IMG/VR virus record: IMGVR_UViG_3300037247_000703
Location: 36,331-100,330 of that record
Source of the DNA: a virus
Strand: one strand, 5' to 3'
DNA length: 64,000 nt
Both the position numbers and the translations under genes were made by a program. The notes under the pieces are model-generated. The model was not told the DNA's origin. It searched no databases and saw nothing but the letters and a program-made list of their open reading frames with translations. This document shows, in pieces, positions 36,627-46,762 of the stretch; the first letter of the stretch is position 1, and the number at the start of each line of letters is the position of its first letter.

Positions 36627-37700
36627 CTACGGCTTCGCGATGATCGCGCGAGCACCTTCCCATCGAGCAATAGAACCGGCGACATCGGTGATCTCGATCG
36701 CCACGGTGAAAAGAGTATCTGCGGGCAGCGTGCGGGGCAGAGATGGAATGGAGAGAGTCTGCCGATTTCCACTACCGTCGGAGACGGCGGATAGTCCGAG
36801 CCCGGCGAACGCACCAGTAACCATGTTGTACTCGTCGAGTGTGACGGCGATCTTCGTTGGTCCTGTAACGTTGTCCTTGACGAAGCACTCCAGGGAATTC
36901 AGTTTCTCGCCCGGACGCATTCGGTCCAACGTGAAATGTGCAAGGTCGCCCGCGGTGGTGGCAGCAAACTGACTACCTCCACTTTGTGCGAAACCTGTCT
37001 CGTTGACGACAGCACTGACACCGTAGATATGCGTCTTCGGGCTGACGGCGACCGCCGACTCGATGTCGTTTCGGATCTTGTTGATAACGTCGATGAACCG
37101 ACCTTCGCGCAGCTCGCCGAGCGTTGGATTCTGATCGATGAACACGTCGGCGCGGCGCGAGGCGTCGATGTCGGCATCGAGAATCTGCGTCTGCGCGTTG
37201 ATGATCGTGATGTCGGCGAGGATGAGTTGGTCGACACGCGGTGCCGGCGGGACCGCGAAACCGATGGCAGCTTCAGCCGACTGCACCACGTTCAGCTTGA
37301 AGCTCTCCGCGCGCTGGAAGAACACCGTGTTGTTGTTGCCGTCGAGCCGGGGGTCGGAAAGATTGCGGTCGAACTGAATGAAGATGGTGAGGATTTTTTC
37401 GTTGCCCGGCGTGCCGACCGCGGTCGAAACTGAAAGCTCATCGACGGACATGTCGAGCACCTGAAGCACCGAAAAGAAAAGCCGACGACCGAGTTGATCG
37501 TAGGCATTCATCGGACCGGCAATGTCCACCGTGAGATCGGGTGCTGGGAAGTGTTCGGCCACCTCGCCGCCGATGAAGATCCCGCTCAGGAGTTGATCGG
37601 TCATGATCTTCTGATCGGCGGCCTCCATCTTGTCGAAGCCCTCGTCAAGCTCGCTTTCCGTCAGCAGTTGCCTGAAGAAGTAGTCAAGCCTATTGGCCAT
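36627..37700 (-). CDS. tail fibre / baseplate-distal protein
   Basis: MANRLDYFFRQLLTESELD baseplate-attachment-like N-terminus; follows the gpI-like gene; SD GGAGG. Confidence 0.7.
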   Translation of the reverse strand: MANRLDYFFRQLLTESELDEGFDKMEAADQKIMTDQLLSGIFIGGEVAEHFPAPDLTVDIAGPMNAYDQLGRRLFFSVLQVLDMSVDELSVSTAVGTPGNEKILTIFIQFDRNLSDPRLDGNNNTVFFQRAESFKLNVVQSAEAAIGFAVPPAPRVDQLILADITIINAQTQILDADIDASRRADVFIDQNPTLGELREGRFIDVINKIRNDIESAVAVSPKTHIYGVSAVVNETGFAQSGGSQFAATTAGDLAHFTLDRMRPGEKLNSLECFVKDNVTGPTKIAVTLDEYNMVTGAFAGLGLSAVSDGSGNRQTLSIPSLPRTLPADTLFTVAIEITDVAGSIARWEGARAIIAKP

Positions 37701-38166
37701 TGGCAGACCTCCAGTTGTCATTTCGCACAATCTTGGAGATCATGCTTTGTGTTACACCGAATTCAGCAGCGAGTCGATGCTGAGCGTCCCGACCACGAGC
37801 ATATGGCTTCCATCGCCGTCGAATATCGGCGACCCGTTTCTGTGAAAGTTTTGCGTTCGCGTTCTTCTCGCCTCGTCGGCTTCCAAGGCGACGAGCGTCT
37901 TCCATGTTCGACCGATGATTGCCTTCGCGAAGATGATCAGGTCTGACGCATCCCGGATTATGGCACCGATGAAGAACCATGCCTCTCGGCGGCCGACCAC
38001 GCGATAACTCAAACGCGAATCGGTGAGCCCTTACCATTTTCCCTCTCGCCAAACTGAATTTCCCGTAGCCGTCACTTGAATGGCTGCCTCGCCATCGCCA
38101 GCAGCCTCGACCACGAATTACCTTTGCGGCAAAACGTAACTTCGGATCTATCGGTTTGGGCGGCAT
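37690..38166 (-). CDS. free-standing HNH homing endonuclease
   Basis: CWRWRG, RAHR, VLHRCHNPGCVRPDHL, NAKLS plus HTH. Confidence 0.9.
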   Translation of the reverse strand: MPPKPIDPKLRFAAKVIRGRGCWRWRGSHSSDGYGKFSLARGKMVRAHRFAFELSRGRPPRGMVLHRCHNPGCVRPDHLREGNHRSNMEDARRLGSRRGEKNANAKLSQKRVADIRRRWKPYARGRDAQHRLAAEFGVTQSMISKIVRNDNWRSANGQ

Positions 38167-38169
38167 ATT

Positions 38170-38826
38170 TTAGTGCAACAGGAAGAGATCCCCGAGTCCT
38201 GACTCGCCCAACTCTACATGATCGATGACGGTCGTGTCCGGCTCGATTAGATCGACGAAGTGTTCGTGCGCGACTTTCATCAGGTCCACGAGCGATCTTA
38301 TCCGCTTTCGTTGCTCAGCAGTCAGTGCAATCGGCGAGACGATGTTGAAGGCATAGAGGTTGAATTGGGCGCTTGGGCCAAGAATGGTGTCTTCGCCGAG
38401 TTCGCCTTCGCCAAGAATCCAACCTGTTGTATTGAACGGGACAACGATCACTTCAACGCCAATGAAAAACCGGATGACGTTGATAATTCCGACCGTGGTG
38501 CCCTTCTGTCTGTACATCTCGACAAGTACCGAAATCAGTCGGCGCTTGTCAATTTCGGTGAGATCGAAGTCGAACGGGTTACCGAGATCGCACAGCATTG
38601 CGTCAAGAAAAATCTCGGGCGCCTTGTCGGGATCGAGGATGTCGGTCCACCGATCGATGTCGAACAGCAAGAGATCGGTAATCTCCTGAAGGCAGGCGAT
38701 GAATTTGACGAGATCCCCGGTGACGTCTTCCTCGCGGTTCATCTGAGGTAAGAACTTGATGATGTCGAATCGCCGGCCGGCAGGCTTGGGCGGAACGAAC
38801 GCGGTGAAGGTGATCGTCGTAGTCAC
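38170..38826 (-). CDS. baseplate wedge protein, P2 gpI-like
   Basis: LDPDKAPEIFLDAML..KRRLI..YRQKGTTVGI. Confidence 0.85.
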   Translation of the reverse strand: MTTTITFTAFVPPKPAGRRFDIIKFLPQMNREEDVTGDLVKFIACLQEITDLLLFDIDRWTDILDPDKAPEIFLDAMLCDLGNPFDFDLTEIDKRRLISVLVEMYRQKGTTVGIINVIRFFIGVEVIVVPFNTTGWILGEGELGEDTILGPSAQFNLYAFNIVSPIALTAEQRKRIRSLVDLMKVAHEHFVDLIEPDTTVIDHVELGESGLGDLFLLH

Positions 38827-41043
38827 TTAGCCGCCTCCGGGTCCGGGCGGAATAACAATCGGCACTGGCGGGCCGGCTGTTGGATCAGGGAAATCTGGCG
38901 CTTGAACCAAGTAGGTCTGACCTGGAGAGAAATCGATGTCAACGGTGACGTCAACCGTTCGATCATCAACAGAGACCACACCCACACCGACCGGTGTGAC
39001 AGCCGGGAAGGTCTGCGGTGTAAACGTGTATAGCAGCGGATTGAGGGCGTCGTCGGGCGCGGTTGGATCAACTTGCTTGACCGGATCGTCGAATGTCAGC
39101 CGCACCACGCGAAGACTCTGCGCAACCGCGCTGGCGAATGCCGGAGGAATGAAATCGACAACCGTGAACGAATAGGTTTCGTCGAGCGCGTTCGCGCCAC
39201 CGGTTGTCTCTGTGATGACCTGCACGCCAACGAGTTGGTCGCTCGTGAAGTCGGCGTCCGGGTTGATGGTGATGCGCAGCGTATCGGGATCGGGATTGCT
39301 TGTGGATCCGCTGAAACCCGCCTGGAATACGCCACCGTCAAAGGCGAGCGTGCCGGCAATGAAGACTTGGGTCGCCGACGTGTCAATCCCGATGCCGGTC
39401 AAGTCGGCAATGTCAACGGAGACATCGAGATCCTCCGGCACGCGGATTTGTCCGTCGTCTGGATTGCGATTCAGCAGCACAAGCCCGCCGGGCTCCAGCA
39501 TCTGAATGTCGTCGAGGTAAACGGCGGGCAGTTCAACAAACGTCATTGGGCCAACCTGTGATACTGCTGCACTCGTAGATGTTCCGGCGGCAGAGGCCGC
39601 GCCTCGGGCAACAGATTGAATTATAGCAGTCGCTGTAGACATTCCGGCGGATGCGCCGACCGAGCCTGTCGCCGCAATAGCAGCCGCCGTAGATGCGCCA
39701 ATCGCCAACCCGTCTCCGTTAGCTGTGGCTTCCCCGATTGCCGCAGACGTTGCCGATCCGACGGCGGTGCCGGTCGATCGGGCTACGGATTCGCCGGCCG
39801 CTGCCGATGTTGATGTTGCCGCTGTTGACGCTTCGCTCTGAGCCGTGGATCGCCCTACAGCAGCCGCTGTAGAACTGGCAGTCGCTGCACCATCTCCGAC
39901 GGCCGTGGTCTGTCCAACCGCTGCAGAGGCCGCTGAACCGACAGCCGAGGCAACACCCTGAACTATGGATCGGCCTACTGCGGTTACCATGCTCGTGCCG
40001 GCGGAGTCGCCGATCGAACCCACTGCCGCCACAGCGGTCGCAGTAGACGTTCCCACCGACGCTCCTGCCGCTGTCGCCGTGGATTGACCGGTCGCCGTTG
40101 GGATGGCTACACCGGCAGCGGCTCCGTCACCTGTCGCTGTAGATTGACCGACTGCCGAAGAAGTTGCGGATCCCGCACTCGTTCCATCTCCGCGACCCGT
40201 AGCAAGCCCATCTCCGGCCGTCGAAGAAGTTCCTGCAGATGATCCGTCTCCGCGGAACGTGGCGGCCCCATCCCCGACTGCCGTAGACGCCCCGGCATCT
40301 GCACCAGCGGCACGAGCCGTTGCTCGCCCGACCGCCGATGACGTCGAAGTCCCCGCAGAGGTTCCGGGGCTGCGAGCCGTGGATTGGCCGGTCGCTGTTG
40401 CCGTGCTCGTGCCCGGGATTGTGCCATCGGTCGCAGCCGTGGATTGACCGATCGCCGACGTCGTGCTCGTGCCTGGAATAGTGCCGCTGGTTTCAGCGGT
40501 AGACGCTCCATCTCCTGTGGCCGTACTCGTGCCAGCGGAATCGCCGACACCTTGGGCCAGTCCCGACGAGTAGGTGACATTCCATTCAACAGCGCCGACA
40601 TCGACCGCAGCACGAACAGTCGGACTGCCGCCGGTCTTCGTGCCAAAAACTTTGAGTTCGACTAATGAACCGTCTGCCGTGGCTAGCTCGTTCGCATTCC
40701 AGACGAATTCAAAAACCTGCCCCGAGTCCGACGTAACATTCCGGTTGGTGCCGGCTCGGACCAGCGCGCCGTTCTCCCATAGCTCAGCGCGCGTCGTCGG
40801 CATCCCTGTGCCGCTGTTCGCGGTACGACGAACTTGCCAACGAAAACCCTGAAGATCGGTCCCGATAGTTGGATCGCCAGAAGGCGTCGGAAACGAAGTA
40901 CGAACATCCGTGTTGGTGTTGTTGTCGGTCGCGACCATCCAGTTCGCATCGGGCGAATCTGGATCGTCGTCGATGTCGGTAACTCCCCCCGACAGCCCTG
41001 TCGAGGAAAGTACCGCATCTGGCGCCTGTCGTTCGGTTGCCAA
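38827..41043 (-). CDS. large tail/baseplate appendage protein: N-domain, ~15-aa Gly/Ala/Ser/Thr repeats, Ig-like domains
   Basis: GxSAGxSxAxAxG repeats over ~aa 165-495; Ig-like C-terminal part. Confidence 0.75.
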   Translation of the reverse strand: MATERQAPDAVLSSTGLSGGVTDIDDDPDSPDANWMVATDNNTNTDVRTSFPTPSGDPTIGTDLQGFRWQVRRTANSGTGMPTTRAELWENGALVRAGTNRNVTSDSGQVFEFVWNANELATADGSLVELKVFGTKTGGSPTVRAAVDVGAVEWNVTYSSGLAQGVGDSAGTSTATGDGASTAETSGTIPGTSTTSAIGQSTAATDGTIPGTSTATATGQSTARSPGTSAGTSTSSAVGRATARAAGADAGASTAVGDGAATFRGDGSSAGTSSTAGDGLATGRGDGTSAGSATSSAVGQSTATGDGAAAGVAIPTATGQSTATAAGASVGTSTATAVAAVGSIGDSAGTSMVTAVGRSIVQGVASAVGSAASAAVGQTTAVGDGAATASSTAAAVGRSTAQSEASTAATSTSAAAGESVARSTGTAVGSATSAAIGEATANGDGLAIGASTAAAIAATGSVGASAGMSTATAIIQSVARGAASAAGTSTSAAVSQVGPMTFVELPAVYLDDIQMLEPGGLVLLNRNPDDGQIRVPEDLDVSVDIADLTGIGIDTSATQVFIAGTLAFDGGVFQAGFSGSTSNPDPDTLRITINPDADFTSDQLVGVQVITETTGGANALDETYSFTVVDFIPPAFASAVAQSLRVVRLTFDDPVKQVDPTAPDDALNPLLYTFTPQTFPAVTPVGVGVVSVDDRTVDVTVDIDFSPGQTYLVQAPDFPDPTAGPPVPIVIPPGPGGG

Positions 41044-41062
41044 CTAACAACCCCTGCGCGGG

Positions 41063-41497
41063 CTAGTCTTCGGTGATCGCTGTCGCGGTCGTCAGCTCTG
41101 GCGTGACGCCATCACCTGTGACGATGTTCGGAGTGACCGTGCCGGAGTAGAGCAATTTGCCCGCACCGGAAGAGTCGGTTCCGACACCAAAATAGGTGAC
41201 CGTTTCACCGCCAGCGGTTCCGGGCGGGAACGTGACCGCCGCCGCCGGGCTCACCGAGCTGCCCGTCACGGTGAAGCCGGCTGTACGACTGACGGCGACT
41301 CGGGCATAGCCGGCGTAAGCGGCTTCGCTCGTCGTCTGATCGCCCGCCTCACCGGGGTCGGCCGAGTGAAGCGAGAAGTAGAGGCTTCCGTCTGCCAAGC
41401 TTCCTCGCAGACCGCCGGCATCACCTACGAGAGTGAAGTCGACGTTGTCGAACAGCAGGTCGAGTAGACCGTTTTCCCAGGTGTCGCTTTTGGACAT
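41063..41497 (-). CDS. phage tail fibre-associated structural protein
   Basis: LYFSLHSADPGEAG..EAAYAGYARV..VTFP..GKLLYSG. Confidence 0.75.
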   Translation of the reverse strand: MSKSDTWENGLLDLLFDNVDFTLVGDAGGLRGSLADGSLYFSLHSADPGEAGDQTTSEAAYAGYARVAVSRTAGFTVTGSSVSPAAAVTFPPGTAGGETVTYFGVGTDSSGAGKLLYSGTVTPNIVTGDGVTPELTTATAITED

Positions 41498-41500
41498 GAT

Positions 41501-41797
41501 TCATTCCTTGTTGGTAAAGTGTTCGATGGCGTAGGCCATCGTGAGGATGTCGAGGGCTTGCTCCGTATGGGGCAACTGTCCCATCACGGCGATCACGCGC
41601 CGAGCACAGACGAGAGCGCGCTCCACGGATTCCGGTTTCAGCACGACCGGACCAACGCTCTCGAATTCGGGGAAGTGTAGACCCGGAGGCTTGGGCAGCG
41701 GCACGATGACCTCGCGCTTTTTGGAGCGACCTAGGCGGATGTCTTTCGCCTTGATGGGATCGATGCTGGCTTGAACAGTCTTGCCCTCTTCGCTCAT
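41501..41797 (-). CDS. hypothetical protein
   Basis: ATG after AGGAGAG. Confidence 0.5.
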   Translation of the reverse strand: MSEEGKTVQASIDPIKAKDIRLGRSKKREVIVPLPKPPGLHFPEFESVGPVVLKPESVERALVCARRVIAVMGQLPHTEQALDILTMAYAIEHFTNKE

Positions 41798-41826
41798 TCG
41801 CTTCTCTCCTGTCCGATAAGCATCCA

Positions 41827-42273
41827 TCATGACCTCAACTCCAGCCGGAAGGCTAGTGCGTGAACGCCTGAAAGCTGCGAGACGTTCGCCGCTATCTTCT
41901 GATCGATCTCCTCGCCGTCCCTCAGCGTACGTGATACCCGCTCTGAACCGTCGATGCGTAGCGAGAACTTCCAAGAGTGACCGACCGGCAACGCAGTTGC
42001 CCCACGCATCCGCACAGACACCTCCACGATCTCGATCGTGTCGAAGTCGCCGCTCTGTTCGACCTGTACGAAGTCGCCGATGTCCACGTTCTGTTCAAGT
42101 GCGGCGAGATCGCGGCCGAGACAGAAAACCCAGTCGCCGTCGACCGGATCAAAATTGACTGGAACAATGCGGCCCTGGGTTGTGCCTAGTCCTCGCGTCC
42201 ACGCATTGAGGCCTGGGGCCGGAGCGCCTCCGCCACCAAACCCGCCGTGCCCATATCCGCCTGTCCCGAACAT
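41827..42273 (-). CDS. tail-associated protein
   Basis: MFGTGGYGHGGFG start; beta-rich. Confidence 0.7.
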   Translation of the reverse strand: MFGTGGYGHGGFGGGGAPAPGLNAWTRGLGTTQGRIVPVNFDPVDGDWVFCLGRDLAALEQNVDIGDFVQVEQSGDFDTIEIVEVSVRMRGATALPVGHSWKFSLRIDGSERVSRTLRDGEEIDQKIAANVSQLSGVHALAFRLELRS

Positions 42274-42295
42274 GGCTATCCGCAGGCGCCGCGCA

Positions 42296-43702
42296 CTAGA
42301 TTGCTGCCTCCTGCACCAAGAGCGAGGCATGCTCGCTGTCGGCCGCAGCCACTGGCCGGACTTGCGCCGTGTCGCCGGTAGTCCGCCACTGAATCTTGAC
42401 GATTCGCGCGCCCGCCGGGACGGCCAACGCCCGAAAGATCAGGGCGGCGGATTCGACGTTACCCGCACCCGACGTGCTTACGGAGGTCGCGCGCTTGACC
42501 ACGCCATCGACGACGAGGCGGAAATCGATCTCCTGCGCCGTCGCCGTCAAGGTGCTCACGGCGACGGAGAAAAAGCAGTCAAGCAAGGTCAGGCCGGACT
42601 TGGTGATCGTGGTGCTAAACAAATCGACGAACACAGCCGATACCGTAGTAGTGTCGGCGGTGACTTCGACGAATGCCCGCTGAAATTGCAACGCAAGCCC
42701 GTCGATGACGAGAAATATGTCCCCATCCGCGGCACCGACCTTCGCTACCCAGCCGATGTTTTGCATTTCGCCGGTAAACGGCGTCGTCTCCGGGGGCGGT
42801 CTGATCAGTGCCCCGGCGTTGCCGAGCACAAGCTGATCACTCAGGGCAAACGCTGAGGTGTCCAGGCCGGACAGCGCGCCGGCGACGAGTGCCGAGCCGT
42901 TCGTATTGTTCGGCAGGTCGGCGAGTAGCAGGCCGACCGCGGGCCGGAGCGCGGCATCGTCCTTGTCAGCGAGCGAGATCAGCGACATGTCCTCGGGTAC
43001 GCTGAAGCCCGTCACGGTGACCGCATCTCCCCTACTGAGCGTTCCGCCCGTCTCATTGCGAACCGACACGACCACGCCCGCGGGCGTGATCCAGAGCGGA
43101 GGCAGCCCAGCCCCCTGCGTGATCAGCTGCTGGTTGGCGGCACCGGGCGCAAGACGGGTGACGCGCCCCGTGGCGTCAGCGTACCAGATGCTACCCTCTG
43201 CTGCGCCGTCAAGCTGACCGAGATCAGTTTTCTGGTTAGTGGTCGGAATGTTCGCTTGTGTCGCAGCTGAAATGGCGGCAGCGATGACCGCGTTCGTCGC
43301 CGGAGCCCAACCATCCGACCCGAACTGAATCGTCTCACCAGCTGCGATTGGACGGAAGCCGTTAGGTAACTTCGACGCTGCGCCGCCTTGTCCCGAGAAA
43401 AAGAAATCCTGACCGCCAAGCACGGCAAGAACACCACTGTTCGTACCGTCGGCGATGACTTCGACGAGATAAGTGCCGTCGACGTCCATCGTGAATTGCG
43501 CCTGATTCGCACCAGGGCCTGCCGAAATGACAGCAGCCGACCCTACGGGTCTAGCACGCAAAATAACCGAGAACGTTGTCGGCGCAGGGTTCGCCGTATC
43601 GATAACGGTGATGACTTCCGGCGCAACGAAATCGTCGCGTGAGTCGCCGGGCGTACCCGCGCCGGAAACTGAGCCATCGAGCTGAATGATCGGTGTCGCC
43701 AT
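42296..43702 (-). CDS. tail fibre protein (PKD-like N-terminus, fibre motifs)
   Basis: FTMDVDGTYLV, RLAPGAANQQL..GAG..PLW, VRNETGGTL..GDAV. Confidence 0.7.
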   Translation of the reverse strand: MATPIIQLDGSVSGAGTPGDSRDDFVAPEVITVIDTANPAPTTFSVILRARPVGSAAVISAGPGANQAQFTMDVDGTYLVEVIADGTNSGVLAVLGGQDFFFSGQGGAASKLPNGFRPIAAGETIQFGSDGWAPATNAVIAAAISAATQANIPTTNQKTDLGQLDGAAEGSIWYADATGRVTRLAPGAANQQLITQGAGLPPLWITPAGVVVSVRNETGGTLSRGDAVTVTGFSVPEDMSLISLADKDDAALRPAVGLLLADLPNNTNGSALVAGALSGLDTSAFALSDQLVLGNAGALIRPPPETTPFTGEMQNIGWVAKVGAADGDIFLVIDGLALQFQRAFVEVTADTTTVSAVFVDLFSTTITKSGLTLLDCFFSVAVSTLTATAQEIDFRLVVDGVVKRATSVSTSGAGNVESAALIFRALAVPAGARIVKIQWRTTGDTAQVRPVAAADSEHASLLVQEAAI

Positions 43703-43715
43703 CAGTTACCCCCGA

Positions 43716-44435
43716 TCAAAGTTGACGCGCAATTTCCAGATGATCAAAAGCGCCGCGCCGCGCGGTGTCTTCGACGCGGAAGGCGAACCCGACGCGACCA
43801 TCTTCGAACGGCTGCGAACCGGAGTTGATGCCGAGCGCGTCGTCGAGGAATGCGCGGCCGGAGCCCGGATCTAGATCATCCATACCCGGGACTGTAGCGA
43901 AAACCGGAGCGCCCACCGGATTCGAATCAAGATCGTTGCGAAATACGTTGAGCACGACGTCGCCGTTGAGATTCACCACCATGTCGAGCCGTAGGTGAAG
44001 CCACGTGTCGTTATTGAAGGGCTCCGTGCCGATAGCGAGGACGCCGTCGACACCAATCGTCTCGGGCAAGCCCTCGTTGATAGCGCCCTTGCGCAGCACG
44101 ATATGGTGCGGGTCGGCATCGCCGAGGCCGAGCAAATAGCCGAGGTCGGACACGTCGGGACCTTGAAGGCCAATGAAGAGGAACGGAGCGAACTTGGTAG
44201 CGCCGGCCGAGGGGTGTCGTTTGATCGCACCCTGGATACGACCACCTTTCGCCATCGGCGCGAAGTTGGTTTGGTTCGTGAACAGCCCGGCTGCCCCGTC
44301 GACGACGGCGAGAGAGTTGAAGCCGAAGACGAAACTCCCGCCCCCGTTCGGCCGGTCGATGCCCGCCGTTGCGCCGCGGTCAAGCTGCCCGGTCGCAAGG
44401 CTGTTAGCAAGGACGGTCCAGTCGGTTTCGCTCAT
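43716..44435 (-). CDS. baseplate-associated beta-sandwich protein
   Basis: Located in the baseplate cluster; WLHLRLD..GRVGFAF. Confidence 0.7.
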   Translation of the reverse strand: MSETDWTVLANSLATGQLDRGATAGIDRPNGGGSFVFGFNSLAVVDGAAGLFTNQTNFAPMAKGGRIQGAIKRHPSAGATKFAPFLFIGLQGPDVSDLGYLLGLGDADPHHIVLRKGAINEGLPETIGVDGVLAIGTEPFNNDTWLHLRLDMVVNLNGDVVLNVFRNDLDSNPVGAPVFATVPGMDDLDPGSGRAFLDDALGINSGSQPFEDGRVGFAFRVEDTARRGAFDHLEIARQL

Positions 44436-44446
44436 GCTGTTCTCTC

Positions 44447-45235
44447 CTAGAAGGTGTCCATCAAAGTCCAGGTTCCGCTGAAGGTCTCTTCCCTCGCGGC
44501 GCCAGCATCATACAGCGCTGTCTTGATTGTACTGACTTGAACGTTCGGGGTCGCGACTTCGTCCACGACAACGGCGACAGTCATAACGAGAGCGGTGACA
44601 CTTACGGGGGTGTGGATCCCATCGTTCAGGATCGAGTCGAAGACGTCGACCCCCGGTGCACCTTCAAAGCCGTCAGTGATCCAGCTACCGACGATACGCG
44701 TGATCGTGTCCGCCGTCTCCTCGAAGGTGAGGGTGCCGATGAACTCGGCGTGAGCGAAAGTACGGACATCGATGTCCCAGGATTGCTCGAAATCCTCGGC
44801 GCCGCCAATACCACCAAACGCGGCGGACGTGATCGCGCCAAGCACGAACTCGAAGTTCTCGTTGCTAAGCCACTCCTCTTCGAAGTCCTCGATGTCCTGC
44901 GGGGTCGAGTCGTACATCGCAACATCGATCCCGCTGAGGACGAACCCGAAGTTCTCGTTGCTGAGCCAACCCTCTTCGTAATCTTCGCCCCTCTCCGGCG
45001 CGATGGCGAGATCGTAGAACGCGTCCTCCGTGAGGCCGAGAGCGAAGACGAAATCCTCGTTGCTGAGCCAGCCGTCTTCGTAGTCCTCTTCTGGCCGACG
45101 ACGCACGCTCAAGCTCGACGGACCATAACTCGCAAGCTCCTCCGCACTCGCGAGCTGCGTCTGGATCCACTCCGCAGCTTCACCGGGCTCAAGACCGGCG
45201 ATCTCGAAGCTCAGATTCTGGAAGGTGTGCGCCAC
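44447..45235 (-). CDS. acidic repeat baseplate-associated protein
   Basis: EDYEDGWLSNE / EDYEEGWLSNE / EDFEEEWLSNE repeats. Confidence 0.7.
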   Translation of the reverse strand: MAHTFQNLSFEIAGLEPGEAAEWIQTQLASAEELASYGPSSLSVRRRPEEDYEDGWLSNEDFVFALGLTEDAFYDLAIAPERGEDYEEGWLSNENFGFVLSGIDVAMYDSTPQDIEDFEEEWLSNENFEFVLGAITSAAFGGIGGAEDFEQSWDIDVRTFAHAEFIGTLTFEETADTITRIVGSWITDGFEGAPGVDVFDSILNDGIHTPVSVTALVMTVAVVVDEVATPNVQVSTIKTALYDAGAAREETFSGTWTLMDTF

Positions 45236-46747
45236 CTAGAACGAGCCTCCGGTGTCACCGTCAATCAGAGTGAGCGTCCCGAGTATCGGAAATTGCTTGT
45301 TCTGAATTGTGAGATCGTCGTCTTGACCGTTGAGTGTCAGGTCGTTGTTCTGATCGCCGATCTTGCGAACGCCGTCGGCCCGTCGCACGACGCCCAAGAT
45401 GTCTGACCATGCGATTTCTCCGGCCGGGTTGCCGTCGACATCCTTGAAATTGAAGCCGAAGTCGACGTTCGTATTCTCGGAACCATCGGGATTATCGAGC
45501 GCGAATACTATTGTGAGCGCGGCGAGAATATTCGCGCGAACTGTGGCTTGCGCGAAGCCGGCTTTCTTGAACACGCGGGCGAAGACGTTGACGGTGAGAA
45601 AAACCGGATCGACGACAGCAACGGCGAACGTGGTCGTGTTCGGAAACTCGACCGTCACCTGATTGAGCACAGCATCCTTGATCGCCTGTGACGGCACACC
45701 GCCGCCGGCTGGGATAATGAACAGCTTGCCGGCATTCTCGTCGATCTCGATGTCTTCGTTCGATGTGAGCATCAACGCACGCGAGACAGTCGCCAACCGC
45801 TTCGCGTTGATCTCGTAGTCTTCGCGAGCCACCGTGCGATTTAGAGCGCGTAGTGATACCGGAGCAAGTTGGCGGATCTGCTCGACGCCCTGCCGATCGA
45901 CACCGCCCGACGCCTTCAGGGGATTCGTGATGCTCACTTGTACCGGATTCGCTAGATCGTCTGTGAACGCCCCCTCGATGACAGCGATATTCGTGGCCTC
46001 GACGTTGCCAATCGAGCCGCCGCCGACCTTGTAGTCGACATCGATCGCGCCTGCCGGAATCGAGCCGTTGACACCATTGCCGAATCGGATCGTCGCGCGG
46101 TCGTTCTGATCAACCACGATCACGAAGTTCCGATCGCCCGCCGCCGAATCGAGGAAGTTGTCGACTTCGGTGTAGACACCGTCGGCCGCGACGATCGCAA
46201 CCGAATCGTCAATGAACGGGATGCGCTCAAGCTCGAACTCTTGATTTGGTAGCGCCGCCGATTGGAATTGCTCTTGTACGGTCTCGGAGTTCTCGACCGT
46301 GACGATTACTTCAGGCGGATCAGTCAACGCCGGAATCAATGCGACCGCGAGTAATTCAAACTCGACCGGATCGGTAACCTGTTGCGTGCGAACCTTCTGG
46401 CCGATCGGAAGCGAGAAATTGCCGACCGGAGGTTCGGCGAGCGATATGGTGACGTCGGCAGTCGCCGCCGCGTTGCCAGACGCCTCGAACGAGATCAGCT
46501 TGGAGAGCGCGATCAGGTTCTTGCGTTGAGTCGCGACCGTGATACGCGACTCCTTTGCCTGATTGTCTTGGTAGAACGTGAGTATGTCGCCAATGAAGGC
46601 GTACATTTCCATCAGAATCACGCCGAAGTTCGCAACTTGAAAGTCGGTCCAGTCTGCGAAGACCGATCGAATGAGTTGCTCTAGCCGATTGCGCAGGCTG
46701 TCAAAGTCGCGATCGGTGTAGTCGATATTTTCGGGGAGAACCGCCAT
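45236..46747 (-). CDS. baseplate J / gp6-like wedge protein
   Basis: IDYTDRDFDS, IRFGNGVNG, GGVDRQ..IR, RTVAREDYE. Confidence 0.9.
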   Translation of the reverse strand: MAVLPENIDYTDRDFDSLRNRLEQLIRSVFADWTDFQVANFGVILMEMYAFIGDILTFYQDNQAKESRITVATQRKNLIALSKLISFEASGNAAATADVTISLAEPPVGNFSLPIGQKVRTQQVTDPVEFELLAVALIPALTDPPEVIVTVENSETVQEQFQSAALPNQEFELERIPFIDDSVAIVAADGVYTEVDNFLDSAAGDRNFVIVVDQNDRATIRFGNGVNGSIPAGAIDVDYKVGGGSIGNVEATNIAVIEGAFTDDLANPVQVSITNPLKASGGVDRQGVEQIRQLAPVSLRALNRTVAREDYEINAKRLATVSRALMLTSNEDIEIDENAGKLFIIPAGGGVPSQAIKDAVLNQVTVEFPNTTTFAVAVVDPVFLTVNVFARVFKKAGFAQATVRANILAALTIVFALDNPDGSENTNVDFGFNFKDVDGNPAGEIAWSDILGVVRRADGVRKIGDQNNDLTLNGQDDDLTIQNKQFPILGTLTLIDGDTGGSF

Positions 46748-46762
46748 GTCGTCGCCAGTATC

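Noticed and set aside
34052-43702. Diversity-generating retroelement or invertible fibre cassette
   Set aside because: No reverse transcriptase, invertase or template/variable repeat pair seen
38827-45238. Genome-wide stop-codon reassignment
   Set aside because: TAA, TAG and TGA all end full-length conserved genes; the two in-frame junctions each have an SD for reinitiation
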